A stretch of DNA of 64,000 nucleotides from Calditrichia bacterium (GCA_963796965.1 CAWCNS010000016.1:206769-270768), one strand, 5' to 3'. Shown: positions 29,056 through 40,937, counted from the stretch's first letter. The notes: a model not told the origin generated them from the sequence alone. Program-made: numbers and translations.

Positions 29056-31413
29056 TTATGCGTTTTCTGTAGATTTTTTTATCTCACTAGATCTCTCGAA
29101 AAATTCGTCCATGGTCATTTTCTTTAAGAGTACCAATCCACGTGTGGAACGGGTTCTTGAGTCTTCACTTTCATAGAAAAATCCCCTTCCAAGCAAAGTT
29201 TTCAACTTTTGATACTGTTCCACCTGAATTTTTTGTGCAAGATCAACAAAAGGTCCATCATGCTCGTAGCTTGGGAAAGATGCCTCTGCCTGGGAAGCAA
29301 ATGAATTCATGAACGAATGCTGTAAGATGGCAAATGTATTTAAAGTGACCGGAATAAACATATTTGTATCAGCCAGATGAAAACGGAACCATACATTGCG
29401 ATAGCCCCATACTTCAATATCTTTTCTCCCTGTCTCCTCCCGATAAATCTTTAATGCTTCTGAAACCGTTTGTAATACCTTATAATGCGTATCAGGGCCG
29501 CTGCTTTCCGGGTCAAAGGCTACAGTTACGATATCGGGATTTATTTTTTTTAAATTATTGAGTACAGGCAATACATCTCTTTCAACTGTAGGCTCTTCAG
29601 TAAAGATATCACCTTTGTAGAATCCCAGTCGAGAATGGAAGACTGAGGAACAACTAAAACCAAAATACCCCCACAAAACATCCGCTTCCCATTCTCTTGT
29701 CATACCTTTTAATTGTTGAATATAAGTAAGATCCTTTTTACCCGGGTATTGGGTTTTAAAATAGTTTTCTAACTCATATACCCGGTGATGAAGATTGTCT
29801 ACACTGTCTTCTTCAAAAGTCTCGATTAGATTACGCATCAATCGCCGGGCCTGCGCTTCCTCTCTAACTAAATGATGATCACCGGCAACACCATCTAAAT
29901 AGAGCCACACATCACGGTTTCTGGCAATGAGATTTGTGGGATCAAAGTAATTGGAGTCAGCTAAATGGCGGAATTCTTTTTTATTTAAAAACCACTTAAG
30001 CCGCTGGACCAGTCGCAACATATGTGAATTTGTTACGGCATTAAATCCACTGGTTAGATAATTAAAATAATGGGTATTGGATTGTTCTCTTACCAGTCGT
30101 ACAATGTAGGGTAAATAACCTAACATGATGTCGTCATGGTGGGGGGCTGTATGGAGCAATGTCTTGTTTTTTGGTATCTCAAGAGTGGAACTAAATCTTT
30201 TTTGAAGTTCCTTTTCAACCTGAACAAGTTTTGTTTTTATGCCCTCATTAAATCTACCCAATAACTCTTTGCTGCTGCGAATGCTCTCAAAATCTTTTTT
30301 AGTCAGATTAACAATCTTTTTTCTTTTATTTAAGGCTAAATCAATTATGATTTGTAATTCATCTTGTTCGGAGAGCACTTTATTTTGTTTGATGTGCAGA
30401 TATCTTCTTTCTGTTAAAAGCTTTGCTGCTCCCTTGGTCAAATAAAAAGCAGCAGAACCGAGGTCCTGAAGTACAGTTGCCGGAAATTCGTTATCCTTAG
30501 CTCTCTGGATAGCATCAAATACTATTTTAGCCTTTGCCTCTCCGGATGCAATTATTATTGCTACCGTGTCCGGATTGTAAGTAATCGTTTGAAGACCAAT
30601 AGTGATTACGAGACGGTTGCGCGAGATCTCGATTCCTCCCAGATCGGAAGCCGCAGCAGCTTGTGTTTCATAATTTGTAGGGGTGAGTCGGGTGGTTGAA
30701 TAATGATCTGATCCTTTTACATTAAAACCAATGTGTCCATCGGGGCCAATACCTCCCAGAAAAAATCCTATCCCCCCCAGTGATCTGATTTTGCTCTCAT
30801 AGTCTGTACAAAATTGATCGACGGATTCTAAGACTTTTTTCTGCCTCGCCTCATGTGCGGTTTTGGGTTGGAGAATACGTAATTCCAGGTCAACCAGGTG
30901 ATCGGGCCAGATAGTTTCCAGTAAATCATCTCCTGATAGCCCAATTGTATTGGGATTGATCAATAAAGCTTTCTGAGCATCCAGCCCAAATCCCTTGATG
31001 TAATATTTGTTTACATAGTAGTAGAAGCTATTATGCTGCTCGGTATTGATAGGATAGAACTCGTCTATCTGGATAAAATGAAAACTTTTCATGTCTGGTT
31101 TATGTCCGGGATCAACACCATTCTCTTCCAGAAGTTTCCTTGTCGCTGGTTCGTTCCACCCATTAAGTAAATGAGCCACCCATTTGATAAAATGTTCAGG
31201 GGTCTTACCTGTAGGAAGGGAAATAGTCCATCCTTCATTATTCTGAGCCCATTCCAAAAACCGGAAAGCCGTTAGTTTCCCCAAATCCGGAAAGTTATCT
31301 ACAACTATGACATTTATTTTTTCTATGGGGGCATAGCGCAAGGCTTCGCCACTTTTTTTTATCGCTAAATCTTCAACCTTTGAAGGATTAGCTGTTCTTG
31401 GGACATCTCCCAT
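29056..31413 (-). CDS. nagB: Glucosamine-6-phosphate deaminase fused to a PIG-L-type deacetylase domain
   Basis: LPTGKTP, IDEFY, GIGPDGHIGFN, then APHHDD and GPDTH. Confidence 0.85.
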   Translation of the reverse strand: MGDVPRTANPSKVEDLAIKKSGEALRYAPIEKINVIVVDNFPDLGKLTAFRFLEWAQNNEGWTISLPTGKTPEHFIKWVAHLLNGWNEPATRKLLEENGVDPGHKPDMKSFHFIQIDEFYPINTEQHNSFYYYVNKYYIKGFGLDAQKALLINPNTIGLSGDDLLETIWPDHLVDLELRILQPKTAHEARQKKVLESVDQFCTDYESKIRSLGGIGFFLGGIGPDGHIGFNVKGSDHYSTTRLTPTNYETQAAAASDLGGIEISRNRLVITIGLQTITYNPDTVAIIIASGEAKAKIVFDAIQRAKDNEFPATVLQDLGSAAFYLTKGAAKLLTERRYLHIKQNKVLSEQDELQIIIDLALNKRKKIVNLTKKDFESIRSSKELLGRFNEGIKTKLVQVEKELQKRFSSTLEIPKNKTLLHTAPHHDDIMLGYLPYIVRLVREQSNTHYFNYLTSGFNAVTNSHMLRLVQRLKWFLNKKEFRHLADSNYFDPTNLIARNRDVWLYLDGVAGDHHLVREEAQARRLMRNLIETFEEDSVDNLHHRVYELENYFKTQYPGKKDLTYIQQLKGMTREWEADVLWGYFGFSCSSVFHSRLGFYKGDIFTEEPTVERDVLPVLNNLKKINPDIVTVAFDPESSGPDTHYKVLQTVSEALKIYREETGRKDIEVWGYRNVWFRFHLADTNMFIPVTLNTFAILQHSFMNSFASQAEASFPSYEHDGPFVDLAQKIQVEQYQKLKTLLGRGFFYESEDSRTRSTRGLVLLKKMTMDEFFERSSEIKKSTENA

Positions 31414-31664
31414 ATTTTCTCCAAACTGTGATTAAATTTGATCATTTTTTAATAAAGACATAAAGTTATCTAAAGTATATGGTTAATCACAAATTTAAAT
31501 TTGTTTTAATTTTATGATTTTGTGAAATTACGCGCGGTATAATACTGCAAATTAAGTATATTATCTATTATTGATGAGCTTAATTAAATATGTTACTTCT
31601 AATCGGTCCTTATTAAAATTTAAAGGGCCAGATTAACTATATTATTTAGAGGAGATTGATAAGA

Positions 31665-32471
31665 ATGTATCCTGAATTATTTTCAATAGGACCAATTACG
31701 GTTTATAGTTATGGGCTGATGGCTGCCATAGGATTTTTGCTTGGCGGTTATCTGCTTGAACGGGAACTCGACAGAGTGGGCAAAAATAAAGAATTAGCAG
31801 GCTCAATTATTATCTCAGCTATTGTCGGTGGAATTGTCGGATCAAAAATATATTTTCTAATTGAGAATCCTGCTCTTTTACAAGATGATTTTTTTGGGGC
31901 CGTATTCTCTGGTGCCGGTCTTGTCTGGTATGGTGGACTGATTGGTGGTTTTTTGGCTGTGGTCTGGTGGATCAGACGGAAGGGATTACCTTTTTTACTT
32001 GTAGCGGATCTTATGGGCCCTCTATTATTGATGGGCCAGGGTATGGGACGTATGGGTTGCTTTCTCTCAGGAGATGGTTGCTATGGACCACCTGCTGACG
32101 TTCCCTGGGCCATGTCTTTTCCCAATGGCGTAGTTCCTACTATGGAACTTGTTCATCCAACACCGCTATATGATGTTATTTTGTTAATGTCTCTTTTTGG
32201 ATTGTTATGGTTGTTACGCAAAAGAAATTTTAAACCGGGGACAATATTTGGATTATTTGGTATGTTTATGGGAACAGAAAGATTTTTTACTGAATTTTTT
32301 AGAACCAATCCCAAAACAGTTTTTGGTATGTTTAGTCAGGCCCAGTTTATCAGCATCCTCCTTTTCTCAGCTGGCCTCGGCCTTATCATATATGTGAATA
32401 AGAGAAAAGCTTATCCTGAACAGATAATTGATAAGAGTGATAAGGTAAAGCATGTAAAGCGTAAAGAGTAG
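31665..32471 (+). CDS. lgt: Prolipoprotein diacylglyceryl transferase
   Basis: SYGLM, GLVWYGGLIG, GRMGCFLSGDGCYG, HPTPLY, RFFTEFFR. Confidence 0.92.
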   Translation: MYPELFSIGPITVYSYGLMAAIGFLLGGYLLERELDRVGKNKELAGSIIISAIVGGIVGSKIYFLIENPALLQDDFFGAVFSGAGLVWYGGLIGGFLAVVWWIRRKGLPFLLVADLMGPLLLMGQGMGRMGCFLSGDGCYGPPADVPWAMSFPNGVVPTMELVHPTPLYDVILLMSLFGLLWLLRKRNFKPGTIFGLFGMFMGTERFFTEFFRTNPKTVFGMFSQAQFISILLFSAGLGLIIYVNKRKAYPEQIIDKSDKVKHVKRKE

Positions 32472-32778
32472 AGCGTGGAAAAGATTTTAGAAGAGCGACG
32501 AGAGAAGAGAGAATTGTGAAATATATGAATCCTATATTCATTAGTTGATTATTCTCTGTTAGATATTGGATATTGATCTTCACACAAGATTTAATTATCC
32601 AATAATCTAAAGTCAATATCCTAAAACGTAATTTTCAAGTATCAAGCATTGGGTTCGAACGTCGTATCAATAGCCATCAACCTTAAAATAAACTAATTCC
32701 ATCTAAGATATATTTATCCATAATGTATATTTTTTTGAATAAATAATTGCCCTACGTGTATAAGGTTACTATAGAACA

Positions 32779-33333
32779 ATGAATGAAGATCAAATAGCAA
32801 TTATGGAATGTCAGACGGGAAAAACCGAGAGTTATCGTTTTCTGGTTGATAAGTATAAAAACCGCGCTTATTATACGGCATTATTATTTACTGGAAATCG
32901 TGAAGATGCGCTGGATCTATCTCAGGAGGCCTTTTATCGCGCTTTTAAATCTATAAAATCTTTTACGCCGGGCAAGAATTTCTACACCTGGTTTTATCGT
33001 ATTCTTAAAAACATATCTATCAATCATTACAAACGTGTTAAAAAAAGAAGTGTTGTATTCTCTGATGCAGAAGAATCTACTGGTGCAAGGCTTTATATCT
33101 CTCCATTAGCCAAACCTGATGAAGTATTTGAAGAGCATGAGATGCGGGAAGTTGTTTGGAATGGTTTAGCAAAATTAAAAGCAGATGATCGGGAGATAAT
33201 TATTCTTAAAGAATTTCAGGAAATGTCTTATAAAGAAATTTCGGAAACATTAGATATTCCTCTGGGAAGTGTGATGTCCAGACTGTTTTATGCAAAGAAA
33301 AAACTGGCAAAAATTCTGGAGGAGTTAGCATGA
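32779..33333 (+). CDS. ECF RNA polymerase sigma factor
   Basis: DLSQEAF, FYTWFYRILKN, SYKEISETLDIPLGSVMSRL. Confidence 0.92.
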   Translation: MNEDQIAIMECQTGKTESYRFLVDKYKNRAYYTALLFTGNREDALDLSQEAFYRAFKSIKSFTPGKNFYTWFYRILKNISINHYKRVKKRSVVFSDAEESTGARLYISPLAKPDEVFEEHEMREVVWNGLAKLKADDREIIILKEFQEMSYKEISETLDIPLGSVMSRLFYAKKKLAKILEELA

Positions 33334-33791
33334 TCAAAAATGAACTATCCTGTGACGAGATTGAAGTCAAGGTCATGGCCTTGCTTGACGGGGAACTATC
33401 AGAACAGGATATAATTATAGTAAAAGACCATCTTAATTCCTGTAAAAGATGCTCTGATGAATATGCCTCGTTAAAAAAATTGAAGGAGGTGACCAGCGCA
33501 ATGAAAATGAAAAAATTACCCGAATATTATTGGGATGATTACTGGACCAATGTCTATAATCGTCTGGAGCGTGGCATTAGTTGGTTATTAATATCTCTTG
33601 GTGCCATTATTGTATTAGCCTTTGCAGGCTGGGAAGCACTTTCCGCTCTGATTGCAGATCAGGAGATGAATCCGCTTCTAAAAATAGGGATATTTGTTCT
33701 GTTGATAGGTTCGGTTATTCTGATTGTTTCCATATTGCGCGAAAAATTACTGGTAAAACGGATCGATAAATACAGAGAGGTGAAAAGATGA
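33330..33791 (+). CDS. Zinc-binding membrane anti-sigma factor (ZAS)
   Basis: HLNSCKRC (HxxxCxxC), two TM helices, coupled to the ECF sigma gene. Confidence 0.85.
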   Translation: MIKNELSCDEIEVKVMALLDGELSEQDIIIVKDHLNSCKRCSDEYASLKKLKEVTSAMKMKKLPEYYWDDYWTNVYNRLERGISWLLISLGAIIVLAFAGWEALSALIADQEMNPLLKIGIFVLLIGSVILIVSILREKLLVKRIDKYREVKR

Positions 33792-34108
33792 TAGTGACAA
33801 CAATAAATGAGGTTCCTGGCAAAAAATTAGTTAAATCGCTTGGTCTGGTCAAAGGAAATACAATCCGGGCAAGAAATCTGGGGCGGGATATTATCGCCAC
33901 TTTAAAGAATCTGGTAGGTGGAGAAATTGAGGAGTATACAAAACTTCTTGGAGAATCCCGCGAACAGGCTGTGGACAGGATGATTGCTACTGCTGAAGAA
34001 TTAGGTGCTAATGCAATTGTCGGGGTAAGATTCAGCACGTCTTATATTATGCAAAGCGCTGCAGAAATTATGGTTTATGGTACGGCTGTGATTGTTGAGG
34101 ATGAATAA
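33788..34108 (+). CDS. YbjQ/UPF0145 family protein
   Basis: LKNLVGGEIEEYT..SREQA..GANAIVGVRF..YGTAV. Confidence 0.9.
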   Translation: MIVTTINEVPGKKLVKSLGLVKGNTIRARNLGRDIIATLKNLVGGEIEEYTKLLGESREQAVDRMIATAEELGANAIVGVRFSTSYIMQSAAEIMVYGTAVIVEDE

Positions 34109-34117
34109 GTTAAGTGG

Positions 34118-34244
34118 AATTAGTAATTAGTAATTGGGAATTGGATTGATTTTTACTTGTGGATATTATAATACTTCAAATCACATAGATTTTAACTATA
34201 TTCCATTCCTAATCCCCCTAAATACCTAATTTCAAATTACTAAT
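34118..34244. repeat. Inverted heptamer-repeat element without ORF
   Basis: AATTAGT AATTAGT AATTGGG AATTGGA ... CCTAATT TCAAATT ACTAAT. Confidence 0.55.
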
Positions 34245-35059
34245 CACCAATATTTCTCCATATGTATCGATCCTGGCTCTAACTTAGTATGCTCACGAAA
34301 ATTGGATTTTTCTAAGAGTTCTACCATTTCCCGGATCATCTCCGGATGGCCACATAAAAAGATGCGCGTGTTTTCTGGAGATGAGTCGTGACCCCACATA
34401 TTCTGAATAACTTTTTCTTTCCATATTTCCTGTACAAATCCAATCCTGCCTCCCCACGGAATTGGCTCCTTAGAAGGTTCACTAATTACCGGAATGTAAT
34501 GAAAATTAGGACAGAGTCTTTCTATCGTAAGTAGTTCAGATCTATACCCCAAATCCCAGGAGTTTAGAGCGCCGTGAATTACAGCATAATTTCGTTTTTC
34601 CTGAATTATGACATTAGAGCGAAGCATACTCATATATGGTGCAACCCCGGTGCCGGTAGCAAAAAGGACTATATTTAGATCCTCAGACACTTCATCCATG
34701 GTAAACATACCCTTGGTCTTGTTAGACATCCATAATTTGTCACCGATATTCATGGCAAATAAACGAGGGGTAAGAGAACCAGAAGTGACCAGGCGTACAT
34801 AGAACTCTACGTATTGTTTCTCTTTAGAACTTGAGGCGATTGAATACGCTCTACGTACTAATTTGTCTTCCCTTGGAGGTGTTGGTTCTGGGTCCGAGTA
34901 CATATACCGTGGTGAATTTGGTGGTAATCCGAGCACCACGTATTGTCCGGGGGTGAATTCGGGCAATTCCCAACCCTCCGGTACCACCCTGATAATGATT
35001 AAGCCGGGGGCTACTTCTACTTTCTGGGCCAAAACACAATTCAACTCTGGAAGCACCAT
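34244..35059 (-). CDS. Ferredoxin-NADP+ reductase (bacterial FPR type)
   Basis: RAYSIAS, GSLT, ATGTGVAPY, LCGHP, terminal EKYW. Confidence 0.88.
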   Translation of the reverse strand: MVLPELNCVLAQKVEVAPGLIIIRVVPEGWELPEFTPGQYVVLGLPPNSPRYMYSDPEPTPPREDKLVRRAYSIASSSKEKQYVEFYVRLVTSGSLTPRLFAMNIGDKLWMSNKTKGMFTMDEVSEDLNIVLFATGTGVAPYMSMLRSNVIIQEKRNYAVIHGALNSWDLGYRSELLTIERLCPNFHYIPVISEPSKEPIPWGGRIGFVQEIWKEKVIQNMWGHDSSPENTRIFLCGHPEMIREMVELLEKSNFREHTKLEPGSIHMEKYW

Positions 35060-35486
35060 TATATTACTCCATATAGGTAAAATATTACCTCATATTTACT
35101 GATTTACATGAAAACATTCAATGTCATGCTTGCATAAATATTTTGAAATATGGCTCATGGAATCAAATTTAGTGAAATAATCCTATGGGACTTCTCCCTG
35201 AATTGAGACTTATTTAATGAGGCAGCTAGGGGAAATGCGTTTATCAATAAAACATGAAGTGATATAAATAAGTAATTACATAAAAATAGAAGAACTCTTT
35301 GTGAGAGAAATATTTCTTGAAATATATCTTGCCATATCGCCGCGTTCTTTTTAGTTTAATCTATATTTCTCACCAGAGACTCATACAGTCCGTTTCTTTA
35401 CTTCTACAATTTCAACTCTAAGTGAAATTAAATGAAATCTTTGAGGATCAATAATCGTTTGAAATTTGTAGGAAGAGATCCATCAA

Positions 35487-38400
35487 ATGAACTATGATCT
35501 AAAAACATTCATATATTTAATTCTACTCAATATTCTGACTTTCAATTTCGCAGTCAACGCTGCAAACCCTGTCCCGCCACCCTTAATATCGCATGGGCAC
35601 TGGCATCATGATAAATATCGAAATTTAGATCGGTTATTGATCATGAGTGATGCGGAAGTGACAGAGATAAGAGCCAGAATTCTTCAGGCTAATAATATTT
35701 TCAGCCAGATTTACTCCAACACATATTTAAATCGCGAGGGTGGCTATATAGGTGGGATATATCAAGATGCTCTTCGATCCACCTATAATAATCGCATGGA
35801 TCGCGCCATAAGAGCAAAAAATAAAGCGTTTGTTGCTCTTATGGGAATTGGTGCGCAGGGCGGTACCGGTGAACTATATGAATTGTCGGAATCAGAGAGA
35901 AATATTTTTAGAGAACAAGCGCTGGATCATTTACGTAATTTTGTGAATTCCGCCTGGTCGGATCAAGCGCGACCCTTCAATCCATTTGAAGATTTGCTTT
36001 TTACTGCTCAGCATTTAGATGAGCTGTATGATTTGCAATACCGCTCCCGGGAACTAATATGCTATCTGGAAGCATATGATATGTTGAGACCAATTGGCGG
36101 AAACCGTGTCTGGGAGGAGAGCATCGCAAGACGCTTGATTAAGTTTGCTTCCAACATCTATTTTATGGCAGATTATTTTGGTTTTACCTATGCTTATAAT
36201 AATCATCGTATCATGACTGGCGCAGCCTTGGGGATGGCAGGTATCTTATTTGGCGATTGGGGGTGTGATGATGGTGATTTCGATGATCGTGATGCCCGCT
36301 CTTATATGCCAACCGCCTGGATTGGCTATGGCATGATAAATATAAATACGGTTCTCTATAATTATCAGGTTTTTCCGGATGGGGGATATAATGAGGGACC
36401 GCATTATTTACGTTATGCCTTTATACATGCGCTGCCTTTTTTCAAGGCAATGAAGAATTTTGGCGAAATTTTTCAAATGAATAATGCCGGTGAACCCTAT
36501 GGAGATTGGATTGAGTCATACTCAACATTCCCGGGTAATCACTATTCATTACGTTCTCCCTGGTATGGCCGCATAAATGATAGCAAACCAGATCTCTGGG
36601 ATATCCTGGGTTGGGTTAGCAAAATTCGCCAACCGGAAGGCCGCGTTCCAGGCATAGCGAACACATTTAATGATACCTATTTCCCTGAAACTGCTATTGC
36701 TGGTGGTCCTTATTTTTGGCCACTCGCATCCTATGAATCGACCATCGGGGATAATGCAATTCTCAACTTGTCTCTCACAGCTTACACAGATAGCCGAGCA
36801 GACTTTATAGTCGCAGGCAATAATGTTGAACAATCTCCTCCAAATTGGGGTAATCTTCAAGTCTTTCCGAATACGGGCAATATTGTTTTTCGAAGTGGTT
36901 GGGGATTAAAGGATATTTATATGCATGTGTCGGCGAGAAACTATGCCTATAGTTCTTCAGACTATCATCGCGATACTCATACCCAGCATGATAACAGCAG
37001 TTTTCTGTTAGGATATAATGGACGCACTTTAGCACTTGATGCCGGGTATATTTCCTGGAATGACAAAGATCAGGTTAATAATCCTTATAATCACAATCTT
37101 ATACTCGTACAGGGTCTCGGCCCATCAAAAAACTCAACTACAGCCAATATTGAAAATATTCAATCAGGTGGATTTTATGATTATGTCAGAATTGCTACCA
37201 ACTATCGAGATACTTTTATAAGAAGGGGATTTCTTTTTTATGATGATCGCTATTTTATTATTAAAGATCGGATCGCTGGCTCCGGTACAAAAGTCTATCA
37301 ATTTTTACTTCATGGTAACGATACAAATCCGGTGAGTGGGCCTGATGGGGTGCGCTGGCTCCAGGAGGATGCTGTATTACAATCTTTCATTACTACCAAT
37401 GGAGGAAATTCAAATCTGACTCTATCATTCAACGATTATATACATGATAATGGATATGGGATGCATCGTGTTAAAAACCATAAAAGACTTAGCGCTGGAA
37501 TGGTGGCGAGAAATATGCAGTTTTTATCAATCCTGTTTCCCTATGATGCCAACCTGCCAGTAGAACCTGAAATTATCGATGCCTCAGCAGATAATGCTTA
37601 TGCAGCGGTTTTTGTTGACCGAACAGCACATGTACAACTCGGTAATCGCTATGAATTTATCATGTCGAGATTTAATTCTGGTAATATTATAACAATCCCA
37701 GAATCACAGTATGGTTTGAATAACAGGACAATTAAAACTATTAAAACCGATGCAGCTTTACTTACGCTCGGATTTGATCCTGCTGATCCTGAAGATCCTA
37801 ATAAAATTGAACTTTTTCACAAAGACATGACCACCTGCGAATATGGTGATTACGTGTTATTTCCACAGATCGCACCAGAAATTTCTGCTATTGAAAATAT
37901 TACAATGAATGAAATGGATACCCTTGATATTGCCATTACCGCTTCGGATGTCAATGGTCACTATCTCAGTTTAAGCGCGGTTAATCTACCTTCATTTGCC
38001 CAACTTGTTGATAGCGGTAATGGTAGAGGAACAATTCGATTTACACCACGCTATTTGGATGCCGGAACCTATCTGTCGATTCAGATTATTGTAACAGATA
38101 GTGGGAAGCCTCCCTTAACTGCAACCGATACATTTGATCTTGAAGTACATAATCTAAATATTCCCCCACGTGCCAATGCGGTTTCTAATATTATTGAGGG
38201 CTCTCCACCCCTATCGGTAGCCTTCTCTGCTGAGGGCAGTGTCGACATAGATGGGATGATTCAGAGTTATCTCTGGGACTTTGATGATGGTACCACAGCT
38301 TCATCATCACAGGTCACTCGCAATTTCAATATCGCCGGAAAATATTATGTAGTTCTTACGGTTACTGATAATGAGGGTGCGATTGCCCGTGATACGATTA

Positions 38401-39570
38401 TTATAAAAAATCACCCTGAACTTTCACAATTGTTTATTAGTGAAGTTTCATTTGCTGATGAAGAATATGGTGAATTTTTAGAGATCTATAATGGTGCCCC
38501 CTACGACATCAATTTAAGAGAATTCAAACTGGTTAAACTCCACTGGAGAGGATATATAAAGGAAATCTATGATATCGGAAAGGATGAGGTGTGGGATGGC
38601 TCAGATAGTGATCGTACCCTCAAAACAATTTCTCCTTATTGGTAGAAATACTGATGTCACAACATTTGCAGATTACTGGCATTTAGATCCAGAGACGATA
38701 CATTTTAATGCTGCGGATCTGATATTTGGTGCACAGCCAAGTCGCTGGCAGTTGCGCTACTTTGATGGCATCATTGACCAGGAAGATGGGACTATCATTG
38801 ATGATACACAAACGAATGTCAGTGGCTTAGAATTAAGATCCTATCAATTCGGAATTGGATTGTGGCGTGACTCTTATTTTGAGGAAGCAACCCCCGGTTA
38901 TCTAGATGGGGATCAATCCCTGCCTGTAGAACTCGTTTTCTTCGAGACAGAAGTGAGCACTAATTCTATCATGTTAAAATGGGAAACAAAATCTGAAGTA
39001 GATAACATGGGATTTAGGATCTTGAGGAGTGTCTTTAGAGATAGTCTTTATATGCAAATTGCTTCATTTCAGGATAATGATGATTTGCTTGGTCAGGGGA
39101 ATAATTCAACTGGAGGAATATATGAGTATCTTGATAAGAATGTTACCAGAAATGTGACTTACTGGTATAAAATTGTTGATGTAGATTATTCAGGTAAAGA
39201 AAGTTACTCTGGTCCTGTTAGTGGAATACTTTTGTCTATCAACGATCATCTGTTTCTTGTGGATGCAGAGACCGTGCCCAATCAATATAAATTATATAAT
39301 AATTTTCCAAATCCATTTAATGCCAGCACATCAATTCGATTTGATATCCCTGATGGTATAAATAATCAAAATCGTTTTTTTATTACCGTCTATGATCTTT
39401 CTGGAAGAATCATTAACCGTCTATTTGATGGTACTTTGAATCCGGGCACATATCAGATACATTGGACTGGTAAAAATGAGGCGGATATGGATATGGCCAG
39501 CGGTCTCTATGTACTCGTTTTAAGATCATCAGTATATTTTTCATCAAAAAAAATGATTTTACTCCGATGA
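35487..39570 (+). CDS. Secreted heparinase II/III-like polysaccharide lyase with Ig, PKD, lamin-tail-like and T9SS-like C-terminal domains; frameshift near 38605
   Basis: Signal peptide, NNH, NEGPHY, FRSGW, HTQHD, HN; YLWDFDDG (PKD); FISEV; DQSLPVEL; NFPNPFN..KMILLR in ORF 38569-39570. Confidence 0.72.
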
Positions 39571-39579
39571 GTTAATAGA

Positions 39580-39799
39580 AATTCGTAATTAGGATTTGGG
39601 GATTCCGGATATGAGATATGGGATTCGATGATGAATGGAAGTTTGATATTTCATTGATATTCAGATGTTGACATTAAACTATATAATCTCCAATTCCAAC
39701 CAATTCCAAATGAAATCCCAATGCCCAATGCAAAATAAATGTACATTGACCTAAGGATTTTAATATTTAATTGACATTTAAGCTTTGTCATTTGACATT
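39580..39799. repeat. Compound decayed heptamer inverted-repeat arms
   Basis: GATTTGGG/GATATGGG-type units, CCAAATG/CCCAATG units and TTGACATTTAAGCTTTGTCATTTGACATT. Confidence 0.45.
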
Positions 39800-39868
39800 A
39801 TAATCTATTTCTCCCTAATATCTCTTCAAATTCACTCAATCCTATATTCTACTCAAAGGACACCTTAT

Positions 39869-40927
39869 ATGGCTCTCTTAATATTTTATATCTCCCTCGC
39901 ACTCAGCGTTTCATTTCTCTGCTCTATCATGGAAGCAGTATTACTCAGTGTTTCTCCACCTTTTATAGCAAAAACAGAACAGGAGAACAAAAAATTAGGG
40001 CAGCGATTAAAGATGCTTAAAGATAATGTTGACCGTCCTCTGGCTGCAATTTTGAGTCTAAATACGATTGCACATACTGTTGGTGCAGCGGGTGCGGGGG
40101 CTCAGGCCACAGCCGTATTTGGCAATGCCTATGTAGGTGTTATTTCTGCTATATTGACTTTTCTTATCCTGGTAATCTCTGAAATCATCCCCAAAACCCT
40201 CGGTGCAATTTATTGGAGAAAATTGGCCTCTTCTGTTGTTACACTTGTCATTCCCATCATCTGGATCATGTGGCCGTTGGTTAAAATGGCCGAGTTAATT
40301 ACCAATATGCTGGGAAGTGGTAAACAGAGTGTCATGATCCGCCGCGAAGAGTTTATAGCCTTGTCAAGACTAGGAGCCCAGGAAGGTGTTCTTGAAGAAA
40401 ATGAATCGCGTATCCTAAAAAATCTTTTTCGTTTTAATCAGCTTTGCGCTGCAGATATCATGACGCCGCGAACGGTTATTTTTGCCCTTGAAGAAAATCT
40501 CACGATATCAGAGGTGTTGGATAAAAATGAGAAACCACAATTTACACGCATTCCCGTCTATCAAAATGATCTTGATGAAATAAGCGGATTTGTGCTTCGC
40601 AGTGATCTTTTCTATGATGCTCTCAGAGGACAAGAAAATACGAATCTAAAGAAGATCCGTAGAGAACTGATGGCCATACCCGCAGATTTAGGATTGGATG
40701 AGCTTTTTGAGAAGCTAATCAGAAAGGTAGAGCATATTGCCCTCGTCATAGATGAATATGGTGGAACCCTCGGGATTGTAACCTTGGAAGATCTGATTGA
40801 AACTTTGATTGGTCTGGAAATTGTGGATGAAACAGATTCTGTTGAGGATATGCAGAAGTTGGCCAGAGAACAGTGGAAGAAGAGGGCTCAGAGACTGGGG
40901 CTAACAATAGATGAAAAAATAAAGTGA
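39869..40927 (+). CDS. CNNM/CorC (hemolysin-like) membrane protein with CBS pair
   Basis: SFLCSIMEA, ILSLNTIAH, SEIIPKT, IMTPR, DEYGG..TLEDLIE. Confidence 0.88.
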   Translation: MALLIFYISLALSVSFLCSIMEAVLLSVSPPFIAKTEQENKKLGQRLKMLKDNVDRPLAAILSLNTIAHTVGAAGAGAQATAVFGNAYVGVISAILTFLILVISEIIPKTLGAIYWRKLASSVVTLVIPIIWIMWPLVKMAELITNMLGSGKQSVMIRREEFIALSRLGAQEGVLEENESRILKNLFRFNQLCAADIMTPRTVIFALEENLTISEVLDKNEKPQFTRIPVYQNDLDEISGFVLRSDLFYDALRGQENTNLKKIRRELMAIPADLGLDELFEKLIRKVEHIALVIDEYGGTLGIVTLEDLIETLIGLEIVDETDSVEDMQKLAREQWKKRAQRLGLTIDEKIK

Positions 40928-40937
40928 TACTCATGAA

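Noticed and set aside
29056-31413. NagB-deacetylase fusion as novel, or as the missing BshB
   Set aside because: This fusion is already known from Bacteroidota-type NagB, and nothing here links it to bacillithiol
32650-32680. GGGTTCGAA resembling a tRNA T-loop
   Set aside because: No T-stem, acceptor stem or cloverleaf around it
32736-32761. TGAATA..CGTGTAT as an autoregulatory ECF promoter
   Set aside because: Plausible position, but the consensus for this ECF group is unknown, so it cannot be supported
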